Below, in pieces: positions 29,943-38,692 of a stretch of DNA of 64,000 bases (positions are counted from its first letter, which is position 1; each line of letters starts with the position of its first letter). A program made the translations under genes and the position numbers. The notes below the pieces were generated by a model. It saw only the letters and a list, made by a program, of their open reading frames with translations, was not told where the DNA came from and ran no database searches. The stretch spans positions 34,117 through 98,116 of the forward strand of contig JACPNS010000005.1 of the NCBI GenBank assembly GCA_016185345.1, in the 5' to 3' direction. The DNA is from Solirubrobacterales bacterium. Lineage in GTDB: Bacteria > Actinomycetota > Thermoleophilia > Solirubrobacterales > JACPNS01.

Positions 29943-32233
29943 CTACCGCTGAAGCGCCCCACCGCGCTCTAGGACTGACCGACCCCGAGTTCGACCTGAT
30001 CGTCGAGAAGATGGGCCGCGAGCCCAACGCCACCGAGCTCGCGATGTTCAGCTTGATGTGGTCCGAGCACTGCTCCTACAAACACAGCAAGAAGATCCTC
30101 GGGCAGCTGCCCGTCGACGGGCCGCACCTGTTGATGGGCCCGGGCGAGAACGCCGGAGCCGTCACGGTTGGCGACGGGCTTGCAATTGCCTTCAAGGTCG
30201 AGTCGCACAACCACCCCTCGGCAGTCGAGCCGTTCCAGGGCGCCGCGACTGGCGTCGGCGGGATCCTGCGCGACATCTTCGCCGTCGGTGCCCGCCCGAT
30301 CGCGGTGCTTGACTCATTGCGCTTTGGCGAGCTCTCCAGCCAGCGCTCCCGCTTCCTCGCCGACCGCGCCGTCGCCGGCATCGGTCACTACGGCAACTCG
30401 ATCGGCGTGCCAACTATCGGCGGTGAGATCTACTTCGAAGGTCCCTATGAGCAGAACTGCCTCGTCAACGCAATGGCGCTCGGTCTTGCGCCGGCGGACC
30501 AGCTGATCAAGAGCGCTGCAGCGGGTGTGGGCAATCACCTCGTTCTCTTCGGCGCTTCTACCGGCCGCGATGGCATTGGCGGAGCCTCTGTGCTCGCCAG
30601 CGCCGAGCTTGGCGACAACGACGACTCCAAGCGCCCGACCGTTCAGGTCGGCGACCCGTTTGAAGAATCCAAGCTCGTCGAGTGCTGCCTTGAGCTGCTT
30701 GGCAAGGACCTGCTCGCTTCACTCCAGGACCTCGGCGCCGCCGGGCTCACCAGCGCGTCGTCGGAGATGGCGAGCAAGGGCGAAGTTGGATTGGACATCC
30801 ACGTCGACCGCGTGCCGCTGCGCGAGCAGGGCATGGAGCCCTTCGAGATCATGGTCAGCGAGTCGCAGGAGCGGATGCTCTGTGTGGTCACGCCAGAGCT
30901 GCTCGACCAGGTGCTCGCCATCTGCGACAAGTGGGACCTCCACCACGCCGTGATCGGCGAGGTCACAGACACGCGCCACATGCAGATCTACGAGAACGGC
31001 GAGCTCGTCGGCGACATGCCGGTGCCCGCGCTTGTTGATGACTGCCCGGTCTACACGCTTGCGCCAGAAGAGCCGACGGAGCAGATCTACCCCGCGCCGA
31101 GCGTGGACAGCGACGCCGCTCGCGCCGCTCAGGCAGCGTTCGAGAAGAGCGCCCAGGGCATCCTCACGGCGCTGCTTGCAAGCGACAACATCTCCAGCCG
31201 CCGCCACTACTTCGAGCGCTACGACTGCATCGTCGGCTCGCGCACAACAAAGCGTCCCGAGCAGGCAGAGGCGGCAGTGCTGCATCTCTGGAAGCAGAAC
31301 GAATCAGGCGCCCCGATCGCCGGGCCGACCATCGCCGTCAGCATCGACGGCTCGGGCCGCAAGGTCGCCGCAGACCCTTACCGCGGAACGATCGGCAACG
31401 TCCTTGAGTGCGCCGCGAACATCGCCTGCGTCGGTGGCGAGCCGCTCGGGCTGACCAACTGCCTCAACTTCGGCAACCCCGAGAAGCCGCACATCGCATG
31501 GCAGCTGACCGAATCGGTCAAGGGCATGCGCGATGCCTGCAACGCGCTCAACCTTCCGGTCGTGGGAGGAAACGTCTCGCTCTACAACCAGAGCTCAGAC
31601 GGCCCGATCTACCCCACGCCGGTCGTGGGGATCGTCGGCGGCGTGCCCAATCCGGCAGTCGTGGCAACCAACAAGTTCGAAGAAGGCGAGCTCTTCGTGG
31701 CGCTGATCGGACCGTTCGAGCCGACCCTCGCTGCCTCTGAACTGGCGAAGCTCGTCGGCGACCCACTGCCGACACGCCTGCCGGATCTCGACCTTGCAAA
31801 GCTCGCCGAGGCGCTGACGATCGTGCGTGACGCAGTGCGCGCAGGAACGATCAAGGTCGCACGCGACATCTCCGAGGGCGGCCTCGCGACAACGCTCGCC
31901 GAGTGCGCACTCGGCGGCGTCGGCGCGACGATCGACGCCACGCCGCTCGTCGAGCGCGTCAAGCGCGCGTTTCCGGAGGCAGAGCCACACCAGCACGCCC
32001 GCACCGCGCTGTTTGGTGAAGGGCCAGGCGGCATCGTCGTCGCCGGGACACGCGAGGATCTCCTCGCCCTGTCAAGTACCGCTGCAAAAGTCGGGTTTTT
32101 GGCTCTAGGTAGTACTGGTGGACAACTGTTGTCGATCGCCGAACCCACTGGTACATTGAATGAGATCTCGCTTCCAGCGAGCGAGATCCAGCGCATACAC
32201 GGCGGTGCGCTTTCGGAACGAGTTTCCTCTTGA
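29939..32233 (+). CDS. purL: FGAM synthase subunit PurL
   Basis: 764 aa. 'SEHCSYKHSK' and 'ESHNHPS'. GTGA overlap with purQ. Confidence 0.96.
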   Translation: MTTAEAPHRALGLTDPEFDLIVEKMGREPNATELAMFSLMWSEHCSYKHSKKILGQLPVDGPHLLMGPGENAGAVTVGDGLAIAFKVESHNHPSAVEPFQGAATGVGGILRDIFAVGARPIAVLDSLRFGELSSQRSRFLADRAVAGIGHYGNSIGVPTIGGEIYFEGPYEQNCLVNAMALGLAPADQLIKSAAAGVGNHLVLFGASTGRDGIGGASVLASAELGDNDDSKRPTVQVGDPFEESKLVECCLELLGKDLLASLQDLGAAGLTSASSEMASKGEVGLDIHVDRVPLREQGMEPFEIMVSESQERMLCVVTPELLDQVLAICDKWDLHHAVIGEVTDTRHMQIYENGELVGDMPVPALVDDCPVYTLAPEEPTEQIYPAPSVDSDAARAAQAAFEKSAQGILTALLASDNISSRRHYFERYDCIVGSRTTKRPEQAEAAVLHLWKQNESGAPIAGPTIAVSIDGSGRKVAADPYRGTIGNVLECAANIACVGGEPLGLTNCLNFGNPEKPHIAWQLTESVKGMRDACNALNLPVVGGNVSLYNQSSDGPIYPTPVVGIVGGVPNPAVVATNKFEEGELFVALIGPFEPTLAASELAKLVGDPLPTRLPDLDLAKLAEALTIVRDAVRAGTIKVARDISEGGLATTLAECALGGVGATIDATPLVERVKRAFPEAEPHQHARTALFGEGPGGIVVAGTREDLLALSSTAAKVGFLALGSTGGQLLSIAEPTGTLNEISLPASEIQRIHGGALSERVSS

Positions 32234-33738
32234 CCCCCACGGACACCTTTGCGGATCGTGACGGTCCACGCGACGAATGTGGCGTGTTCGGAATCTACGC
32301 ACCCGAACTCGATGTCGCCCGCCTCACCTACTTCGCGCTCTACGCGCTCCAGCACCGCGGTCAGGAGTCGGCGGGAATCGCTTCCTCGGACGGATCGCAC
32401 ATCATCACGCTGCGCGACACCGGGCTTGTCAGCCAGGTCTTCGATGAAGAGAAGCTGCGCGGACTGACCGGCAACATGTCGGTCGGCCACGTGCGTTACT
32501 CAACGACCGGTTCATCCGGCTGGGAGAACACCCAGCCGATCTACCGCGCCGACCACCACATGATCGCGCTGGCCCACAACGGCAACCTGATCAACGCCGT
32601 CGAGCTGCACTCCGAACTGCGCGAAAAGGGCATCACCTTCCGCTCGACCAGCGACAGCGAAATCATCGCCGCGCTCGTGTCGAATTCCGAAGCTGAGACG
32701 ATCGCCGACGCAGTCGCCGAGATCATGCCGCGCCTGCGCGGAGCGTTTTCGACCGTCATCTGCAACAAGGAGATGGTCGTCGCCTTCCGCGACCCGAACG
32801 GCCTGCGCCCGCTGGCACTGGGTCAGATCGGTGACCGCTACTGCTTTGCTTCTGAGAGCAGCGCCTTCGACATCATCGGCGCCAAGTTCCTTCGCGAGGT
32901 CGAGCCCGGCGAGATGATCGCCCTTACCGAGGGCGGCATGGAAGTCACGATGGTCGTCCCCGGCGAGCGCAAGGCATTCTGCGTCTTCGAGCACATCTAC
33001 TTCGCCCGCCCCGACAGCCACCTCGAGGGCCAGCTCGTCCAGCAGTCGCGTGGCCGCATGGGCGAGATCCTCTGGCGCGAAGCGCCAGTCGAAGCCGACA
33101 TGGTCGTCGCCGTTCCAGACTCCGGCAACCCGGCCGCCAAGGGTCTTTCCCGCGCGTCCGGCATTCCGATGGACGACGGCCTGATCAAGAACCGTTACGT
33201 TGGCCGAACCTTCATCCAGCCGGGGCAAGAGCTGCGCAAGCTCGGCCTGCGGATGAAGTTCACCCCGTTGCCTGAGATCGTCTCCGGGCAGCGCCTGATC
33301 ATCGTCGACGACTCGATCGTCCGTGGCAACACGACTCGCCAGATCATCGGCATGCTCCGCGAGGCCGGCGCCAAGGAGATCCACGTCAGGATCAGCGCGC
33401 CCCCGATCCGCCACAGCTGCCACTACGGGATCGACATGTCCACGAACGAGAACATGATCGCCTACGGCAAGAACGTCGATGAGATCGCCAAGGAACTCGG
33501 CGCCGACTCACTCGCCTACATCTCACTCGAAGGCGTCTACGAGGCAATCCGCGGCGAACGCGGCGAGCACTGCGACGCCTGTTTCACCGGCGAGTATCCG
33601 CTGGCAGACACAGACCGCGCCACCGGCAAGTTCGCGCTCGAAGAGATCTCACCGCTTCCGCAGGTCACGAACGGGAATGGCAACGGCGCGCATGAGCCGG
33701 TCGCCGCGCTTGAGCCGATCGCGCCCGCCAGATCCTGA
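32230..33738 (+). CDS. purF: amidophosphoribosyltransferase
   Basis: 502 aa. The Ntn Cys sits in 'DECGVFGIY'. PRPP loop 'IIVDDSIVRGNT'. TTG start overlaps the purL stop. Confidence 0.95.
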   Translation: MTPTDTFADRDGPRDECGVFGIYAPELDVARLTYFALYALQHRGQESAGIASSDGSHIITLRDTGLVSQVFDEEKLRGLTGNMSVGHVRYSTTGSSGWENTQPIYRADHHMIALAHNGNLINAVELHSELREKGITFRSTSDSEIIAALVSNSEAETIADAVAEIMPRLRGAFSTVICNKEMVVAFRDPNGLRPLALGQIGDRYCFASESSAFDIIGAKFLREVEPGEMIALTEGGMEVTMVVPGERKAFCVFEHIYFARPDSHLEGQLVQQSRGRMGEILWREAPVEADMVVAVPDSGNPAAKGLSRASGIPMDDGLIKNRYVGRTFIQPGQELRKLGLRMKFTPLPEIVSGQRLIIVDDSIVRGNTTRQIIGMLREAGAKEIHVRISAPPIRHSCHYGIDMSTNENMIAYGKNVDEIAKELGADSLAYISLEGVYEAIRGERGEHCDACFTGEYPLADTDRATGKFALEEISPLPQVTNGNGNGAHEPVAALEPIAPARS

Positions 33739-33746
33739 CCGCTCAC

Positions 33747-33820
33747 AAAGTTGGGCTGCCCGTAGGCTAACCCAACTTTATTCTGGTAAAGTTGCTTTAG
33801 CGAGATGCAACCCAACTTTA
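33747..33820 (+). promoter_or_regulatory. two tandem related stem-loops spanning the purF-fic spacer and the fic start codon
   Basis: H1 is AAAGTTGGG (33747-33755) paired with CCCAACTTT (33771-33779). H2 is TAAAGTTG (33787-33794) paired with CAACTTTA (33813-33820). The 12-mer AACCCAACTTTA occurs twice (33769, 33809). The fic ATG (33805) lies inside the H2 loop. Confidence 0.5.
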
Positions 33821-35022
33821 CGAAACATCAGATCCGCGACGAACTCTGGCTCCCCGACGCGGCAGCACTTGGCGGACGTGGCGCTCGAAAGCCCCGGCGC
33901 TATTCAGCGTATGTACCGGATGAGATCGCGGACGCGAGCTGGACGTTGGATGCCGGATTGACCGAGATGCTCAGTCGCGCCGAACTTCAGTGTCGCGAGC
34001 TCAACTCAAGCGCCGCGCAAGTCGGCCTCGAGTCGGCAGCGCGTCAACTGCTGCGATCGGAATCGGTCGCGTCTTCGCGGATCGAGGGCTACAAGATCTC
34101 GAATCGGCGCCTCTCGAAGGCCGCGGTTGCTGGCGTCCGCGATGTGAATGCTCAGACGGTGCTCGGAAACGTGAACGCGGTAACGCATGCATACGAATGG
34201 GCACAGGGCGGTGAGCCTTTCACCACTGATGTGCTCTGTGGGATCCATCGAATCCTTTTTGAGAACACCGAGAGCGAACGCTGGGGCGGAATCACCCGGG
34301 AGTCCCAGAACTGGATTGGCGGCGATGCCACCTCTCCGGCAAACGCTGAGTTCGTTCCGCCACCTGAGTCCGAGGTCGCCCGTCTGCTTGACGACCTCTG
34401 CGCGTTCTGCAATCGCATTGACCTGCCCCCGGTCCTGCAGGCCGCGATCGCGCACGCGCAGTTCGAGACGATTCACCCGTTCATGGACGGAAACGGTCGC
34501 GCCGGGCGAGCCCTGATCGGAATGCTCCTGACCAGGCGCGGCGTGAGTGGAGCCGTCGTTCCACCGGTGAGCCTTATCCTCGCCGGTCGCGCCTCGCGGT
34601 ATGTCAAGGGATTGACCAACTACCGCTACGCCGACGCCGACGACTGGTTTGAGTTCTTCGCAGCGGCCGTTGCCGACGCGGCGACTGCCGCGCGGGAGCT
34701 CGCCTCGTCGATCGTCGGTCTTCAGTTGAGCTGGCTGGAACAAGCGGGTTCGCCGCGCGCCGGCTCCTCCGCACGCATCCTCATCGAACACCTCCCGACC
34801 TTTCCCGTGCTCACGCTGGCAACTGCAATCGAGATCACCGGCGCGAGCTCGGAAGCAACCCGGCGTGCGCTCAACGCGCTCGAACGAGCAGGTGTCTTAT
34901 CTGAAACCACCGCCGGCAAGCGCTATCGCGTCTGGGAATCGGTCGGACTGTTTGCGCTCCTGGACGAGTTCGAACGTGAGCGTGCCGAACCCGGTCGGGC
35001 GCCGTCCGAAACAATTGGCTGA
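33805..35022 (+). CDS. fic: Fic-family protein (AMPylase type) with intramolecular inhibitory motif and C-terminal wHTH-like domain
   Basis: Canonical 'HPFMDGNGRAGRAL' (HxFx[DE]GNGRxxR). An upstream 'SSRIEG' matches the [ST]xxxE[GN] inhibitory helix. Confidence 0.9.
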   Translation: MQPNFTKHQIRDELWLPDAAALGGRGARKPRRYSAYVPDEIADASWTLDAGLTEMLSRAELQCRELNSSAAQVGLESAARQLLRSESVASSRIEGYKISNRRLSKAAVAGVRDVNAQTVLGNVNAVTHAYEWAQGGEPFTTDVLCGIHRILFENTESERWGGITRESQNWIGGDATSPANAEFVPPPESEVARLLDDLCAFCNRIDLPPVLQAAIAHAQFETIHPFMDGNGRAGRALIGMLLTRRGVSGAVVPPVSLILAGRASRYVKGLTNYRYADADDWFEFFAAAVADAATAARELASSIVGLQLSWLEQAGSPRAGSSARILIEHLPTFPVLTLATAIEITGASSEATRRALNALERAGVLSETTAGKRYRVWESVGLFALLDEFERERAEPGRAPSETIG

Positions 35023-35059
35023 TCTCGACCACCCCGCCGAACCCTCTAGCTTTTCGCCG

Positions 35060-35668
35060 ATGAACGACTTGCCTTCAGAATCGCTTCGCGTCTCGGTTCT
35101 TGCCTCGGGCGAGGGCTCGAACCTGCAGGCGCTGCTGGATGTGGTGCACAAGAAGCACGGCGTCGAGATCGTCTGCGTGGCCGGCGACAAGCCCGGGGCG
35201 AAGGCGCTCGAGCGTGCGCTTGACGCCGGAATCCCGATGGCAATCTTCGCGACCGCCGACTTCGAAGACCGCAAGGCACGCGACCTTGCGATGGCCGCGC
35301 ACCTGCGCGACGTCGGAACTGACCTGGTCGTGCTCGCGGGCTACATGGCGATCCTCTCCGAGGAGTTCATCGGCGCATTCTTCGGACGCATCATCAACGT
35401 CCACCCCTCCCTGCTGCCCAAGTATCCGGGCCTGCGCGCCATCGAGCAGGCACTCGAGGCTGGCGAGAACCAGACCGGCGTGACGGTGCACTACGTGGAC
35501 GAGGGCGTGGACACCGGCGATGTCATTGCGCAGGAGATGGTCGGCATCGCCCCTGGCGCGACCGCCGAGATGCTCGCCGAGCAGATCCATGCCGTCGAGC
35601 ATCGATTGCTCCCCGAGGTAGTCGCTCAGATTGCCGCAGCGCGGCTGCGCCCGGCGGATTCCGCCTAG
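35060..35668 (+). CDS. purN: phosphoribosylglycinamide formyltransferase
   Basis: Trimmed to 'MNDLPSESLRVSVLASGEGSNLQAL'. 'NVHPSLLP' motif. Confidence 0.92.
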   Translation: MNDLPSESLRVSVLASGEGSNLQALLDVVHKKHGVEIVCVAGDKPGAKALERALDAGIPMAIFATADFEDRKARDLAMAAHLRDVGTDLVVLAGYMAILSEEFIGAFFGRIINVHPSLLPKYPGLRAIEQALEAGENQTGVTVHYVDEGVDTGDVIAQEMVGIAPGATAEMLAEQIHAVEHRLLPEVVAQIAAARLRPADSA

Positions 35669-35685
35669 GTGCTCGCGCGAAAGGT

Positions 35686-35782
35686 CGCAATTTGCACCGG
35701 AGTTTGTGTCGCCTGTTGCACGGGGTTGGCACCAGGTGCCAACCCCGTGCGCGAATTGCCACTAACTACTACGCAAATTGCG
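35686..35782. repeat. 97-bp nested palindromic element in the purN-purH spacer
   Basis: Inner palindrome: 16-nt arms GCACGGGGTTGGCACC (35718-35733) and GGTGCCAACCCCGTGC (35735-35750), separated by a single A at 35734. Outer perfect 10-bp inverted repeat CGCAATTTGC (35686-35695) / GCAAATTGCG (35773-35782) is centred on the same base (35734). Confidence 0.8.
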
Positions 35783-35825
35783 GAGACGGTCACCCCGTGA
35801 CGAGCGCTTCGCGTATTCTGCCCTC

Positions 35826-37421
35826 ATGCCTGAGGAGACCCAGAACCCCACGAACGTTGAACTGACCCAGCCCGGCGCCGTGCGTATTCGCACCGCCCTG
35901 ATCAGCGTTTCTGACAAGCGCGGGATCGTTGACTTCGCGAAGGGCCTCGAAGAGCTCGGCATCCGGATCATCTCGACCGGCGGCACCAAGAAGGAGCTCG
36001 AGGAGAACGGGGTCAAAGTCACCGGCATCTCCGACTACACCGGCTCACCGGAAATCCTCGGCGGGCGCGTGAAGACGCTGCACCCGACGGTCCACGCCGG
36101 CCTGCTCGGCAAGCTCGACGACGAAGACCACATCGCGCAGCTGAACGAGAATGGCCTTGGCTCGATCGATCTGGTTGTCGTGAATCTCTATCCCTTCCAG
36201 CGCTTCGCCAACCGCCGCGGAGTGTCCGACGCCGAAGTGCTCGAGAACATCGACATCGGCGGCCCGACGATGGTGCGCGCCAGCGCGAAGAACTACAAGT
36301 TCACCGGCATAGTCGTCAGCCCCGAGAGCTACGACGCCGTGCTTGACGAGCTCAGCGAAGAGGACTGCTTGATCAGCCTCGAGACGCGCGAGTCGCTCGC
36401 CGTTGACGCCTTCAACTACACGGCGCAGTATGAGGCCGCGATCAGCACCTGGTTCAACGAGCGCTCGGGCAACGTGCCCGACCAGTTCGTGCGCGCCTAC
36501 GAGAAGCAGATCGATCTGCCCTACGGCGAGAATCCGCACCAGCGCGCGGCCTATTACGCCGAGGTCGGCAACCGCACCGATCTGCTGTCCATGGTCAGCC
36601 AGGAGCAGGGCAAGGAACTCTCCTACAACAACCTCCTGGACCTCGACGCCGGCCGCCGCCTGATCGAGGAGTTCGAACTTCCGACCTGCGTGATCCTCAA
36701 GCACAACAACCCGTGCGGGATCGCGATCAGCGCGACTCTCGAAGACGCGTACCTCAAGGCGCTCCACACCGACCCGCTCTCGGCTTTCGGTGGGATCTAC
36801 ATCTACAACCGCGAAGTGGACGGCTCGCTCGCGGCAAAGATGATCGAGAACTTCGTCGAGCTCGTGTTTGCCCCGAGCTACACGCCCGAAGCACTGGAGC
36901 TGTTCTCCACCAAAGAGAACCTTCGCGTGCTGGTCAACAACGAGCGCCGCTTCTGGCCCGTTTCAGACCCAGACCTGCGCGGCGTTCGCGGCGGGCTGCT
37001 GCTGCAGGATCGCGACGTGGACATCGACCCGCGCGAGGCGATGCAGGTCGTCACCCAGAACCACCCGTCCGAAAAGCAGTGGGGCGATTTGCTGTTCACC
37101 TGGCGCGTCTGCAAACACGTCAAGAGCAACGCGATCGTGATCGGCAACGACCTCACCACATTGGGAATCGGCGCTGGTCAGATGAGCCGAGTGGATTCGG
37201 TGAAGCTCGCCGTCAAGAAGTCGCGCGTTGAGTTGACTGGCGCCGTGCTCGCGGGCGACGCATTCTTCCCGTTCGCTGATGGTCCCGAGTACGCGATCAA
37301 GGCCGGAGTCACGGCGATCATCCAGCCGGGCGGATCAAAGCGTGACTCTGAAGTGGTCAAGGCCGCAGACGATGCGGGCATCGCAATGGTCTTCACCGGC
37401 CGTCGCCACTTCCGTCACTAG
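35826..37421 (+). CDS. purH: bifunctional AICAR transformylase / IMP cyclohydrolase
   Basis: Trimmed to 'MPEETQNP...'. Contains 'ALISVSDKRG', 'GGTKKEL' and 'IIQPGGSKRD'. Confidence 0.95.
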   Translation: MPEETQNPTNVELTQPGAVRIRTALISVSDKRGIVDFAKGLEELGIRIISTGGTKKELEENGVKVTGISDYTGSPEILGGRVKTLHPTVHAGLLGKLDDEDHIAQLNENGLGSIDLVVVNLYPFQRFANRRGVSDAEVLENIDIGGPTMVRASAKNYKFTGIVVSPESYDAVLDELSEEDCLISLETRESLAVDAFNYTAQYEAAISTWFNERSGNVPDQFVRAYEKQIDLPYGENPHQRAAYYAEVGNRTDLLSMVSQEQGKELSYNNLLDLDAGRRLIEEFELPTCVILKHNNPCGIAISATLEDAYLKALHTDPLSAFGGIYIYNREVDGSLAAKMIENFVELVFAPSYTPEALELFSTKENLRVLVNNERRFWPVSDPDLRGVRGGLLLQDRDVDIDPREAMQVVTQNHPSEKQWGDLLFTWRVCKHVKSNAIVIGNDLTTLGIGAGQMSRVDSVKLAVKKSRVELTGAVLAGDAFFPFADGPEYAIKAGVTAIIQPGGSKRDSEVVKAADDAGIAMVFTGRRHFRH

Positions 37422-37426
37422 ACGCT

Positions 37427-38692
37427 CTACGGAACGTCGAACTCCTGGGAGGGGTCGGTGCTTGGTTTCGGCGTCGGAGCAGGCTTGGGTGCTGCCTGCG
37501 GCTGAGGCTGAGGTGCTGCCTGCGGGACGGCCTGTTGTTGGACCTGCGGAGTTGCAGCCACGGCATTCGCACGCGCCGCTCGCCTTGCCGCGGCTGCCCT
37601 TGAGCGCGCACGGGCACGGGCGCGAGACCTGGCGCGCGCTTCGCGGCGTCGCTCGGCGCGACGTTCAGCCCGACGCTCCCGCGCGGCACGCGCTTCACGG
37701 CGTTCCTTCGCGGCTTTGGCATCGGCTTCCTTGTTGCTGGTCTGAGCGGTGTTGACGCTCGTGTCTTCTTCGCTACCGAGCTGACCGATCAAAAGGAAGC
37801 CGGCGACGATCACGGCAGCGATCGCTCCGGCAATCAATCCCGTGCGCTTGCGCTTCTCGGCAACCCTTGCGTCGGCCGCACGCTTCTTCTTGGCGCGAAG
37901 CGGACTCGGTGCGCGGCGAGCGGCATCGGTCGTGCCGACCACTCCGAGACTGAGGCTGCCGGTCAGCGCGCGAAGCATCGTTCCGGTCGGATTGGTGACT
38001 GCGGTGAGACCACGCGTTTTGATCGCGTGGCGGATGCAACCCGGGCAGCCAGCAATGTGCGCTGACGCCGTGCGGTACTCATCCGAACGCGGATCGAGGA
38101 TCCCGAGCGCGTACTGATTCACAAGCGGCAATAGCCCTTCGCACGCCTCGCCTTCCTCGTACTCCTCGAGCAGCGGCTCGAACTCCTCTTGAATCTCATC
38201 CATCAACTCGGCGAGCCGGAAGGCTCCGACGCCAATGATTTCGGCCGCTTCGAATGGCTTGAACCCGTAAACGTGGCACAGCGTCACCGCCTGGAGTTCA
38301 CGTTGGTTCAGACGCTTGCGCATGCGCGCCGAGAACTCACGCTGCTTTTGTTGCTGCTCCGGAGTGGCTTCGATCGGGTCGGCAATTCCTACCGCTTCGA
38401 GAACCTCGACGTCCATTCGCGTCTCGGGATGAAGCACACGGTGCTCGTCCACCGCCTGTCGGTATGTGGAGTCGGTCAGCAGCCGTTCGAGGTTTCCGAC
38501 CGCTCCCTTTCCCCACAGGTGTGAGAAGACGCCGTGCCAGGCACGGTTGTAAAAAGTGTCCACGTCGCGAGCCGCGAAGTCGATACCCGCGCTCGCCAGT
38601 TCGTTGTACGAAATGCGCGTGACGTCGGCCCGGTACTTGGCGTACTCGTCGCCGATCGCGTGGTCGGCCTGCTGGTCGAGCGCCGTGCTCAT
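37427..38692 (-). CDS. fused ECF-type sigma factor / ZAS anti-sigma domain / TM / low-complexity tail (locus A)
   Basis: 421 aa from 'MSTALDQQ'. Its ATG overlaps the upstream stop (ATGA). Sigma region-2-like 'FYNRAWHGVF...YRQAVDEHR'. Region-4-like 'LNQRELQAVTLCHVYGFKPFEAAEIIGV'. Zinc motif C184...H212-IAG-C216-PG-C219. TM helix 'GLIAGAIAAVIVAGFLLIGQL'. The tail is Arg/Ala-rich, then Pro/Gln-rich. Confidence 0.7.
   Translation of the reverse strand: MSTALDQQADHAIGDEYAKYRADVTRISYNELASAGIDFAARDVDTFYNRAWHGVFSHLWGKGAVGNLERLLTDSTYRQAVDEHRVLHPETRMDVEVLEAVGIADPIEATPEQQQKQREFSARMRKRLNQRELQAVTLCHVYGFKPFEAAEIIGVGAFRLAELMDEIQEEFEPLLEEYEEGEACEGLLPLVNQYALGILDPRSDEYRTASAHIAGCPGCIRHAIKTRGLTAVTNPTGTMLRALTGSLSLGVVGTTDAARRAPSPLRAKKKRAADARVAEKRKRTGLIAGAIAAVIVAGFLLIGQLGSEEDTSVNTAQTSNKEADAKAAKERREARAARERRAERRAERRREARARSRARARARSRAAAARRAARANAVAATPQVQQQAVPQAAPQPQPQAAPKPAPTPKPSTDPSQEFDVP

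Noticed and set aside
37430-37760. Repetitive GC-rich DNA (also 40370-40870) considered as tandem repeats or a CRISPR-like array.
   Set aside because: It is the coding sequence of the Arg/Ala-, Ala/Glu- and Pro/Gln-rich tails of the two sigma fusions. There is no regular repeat-spacer periodicity. No CRISPR array was seen anywhere in the window.
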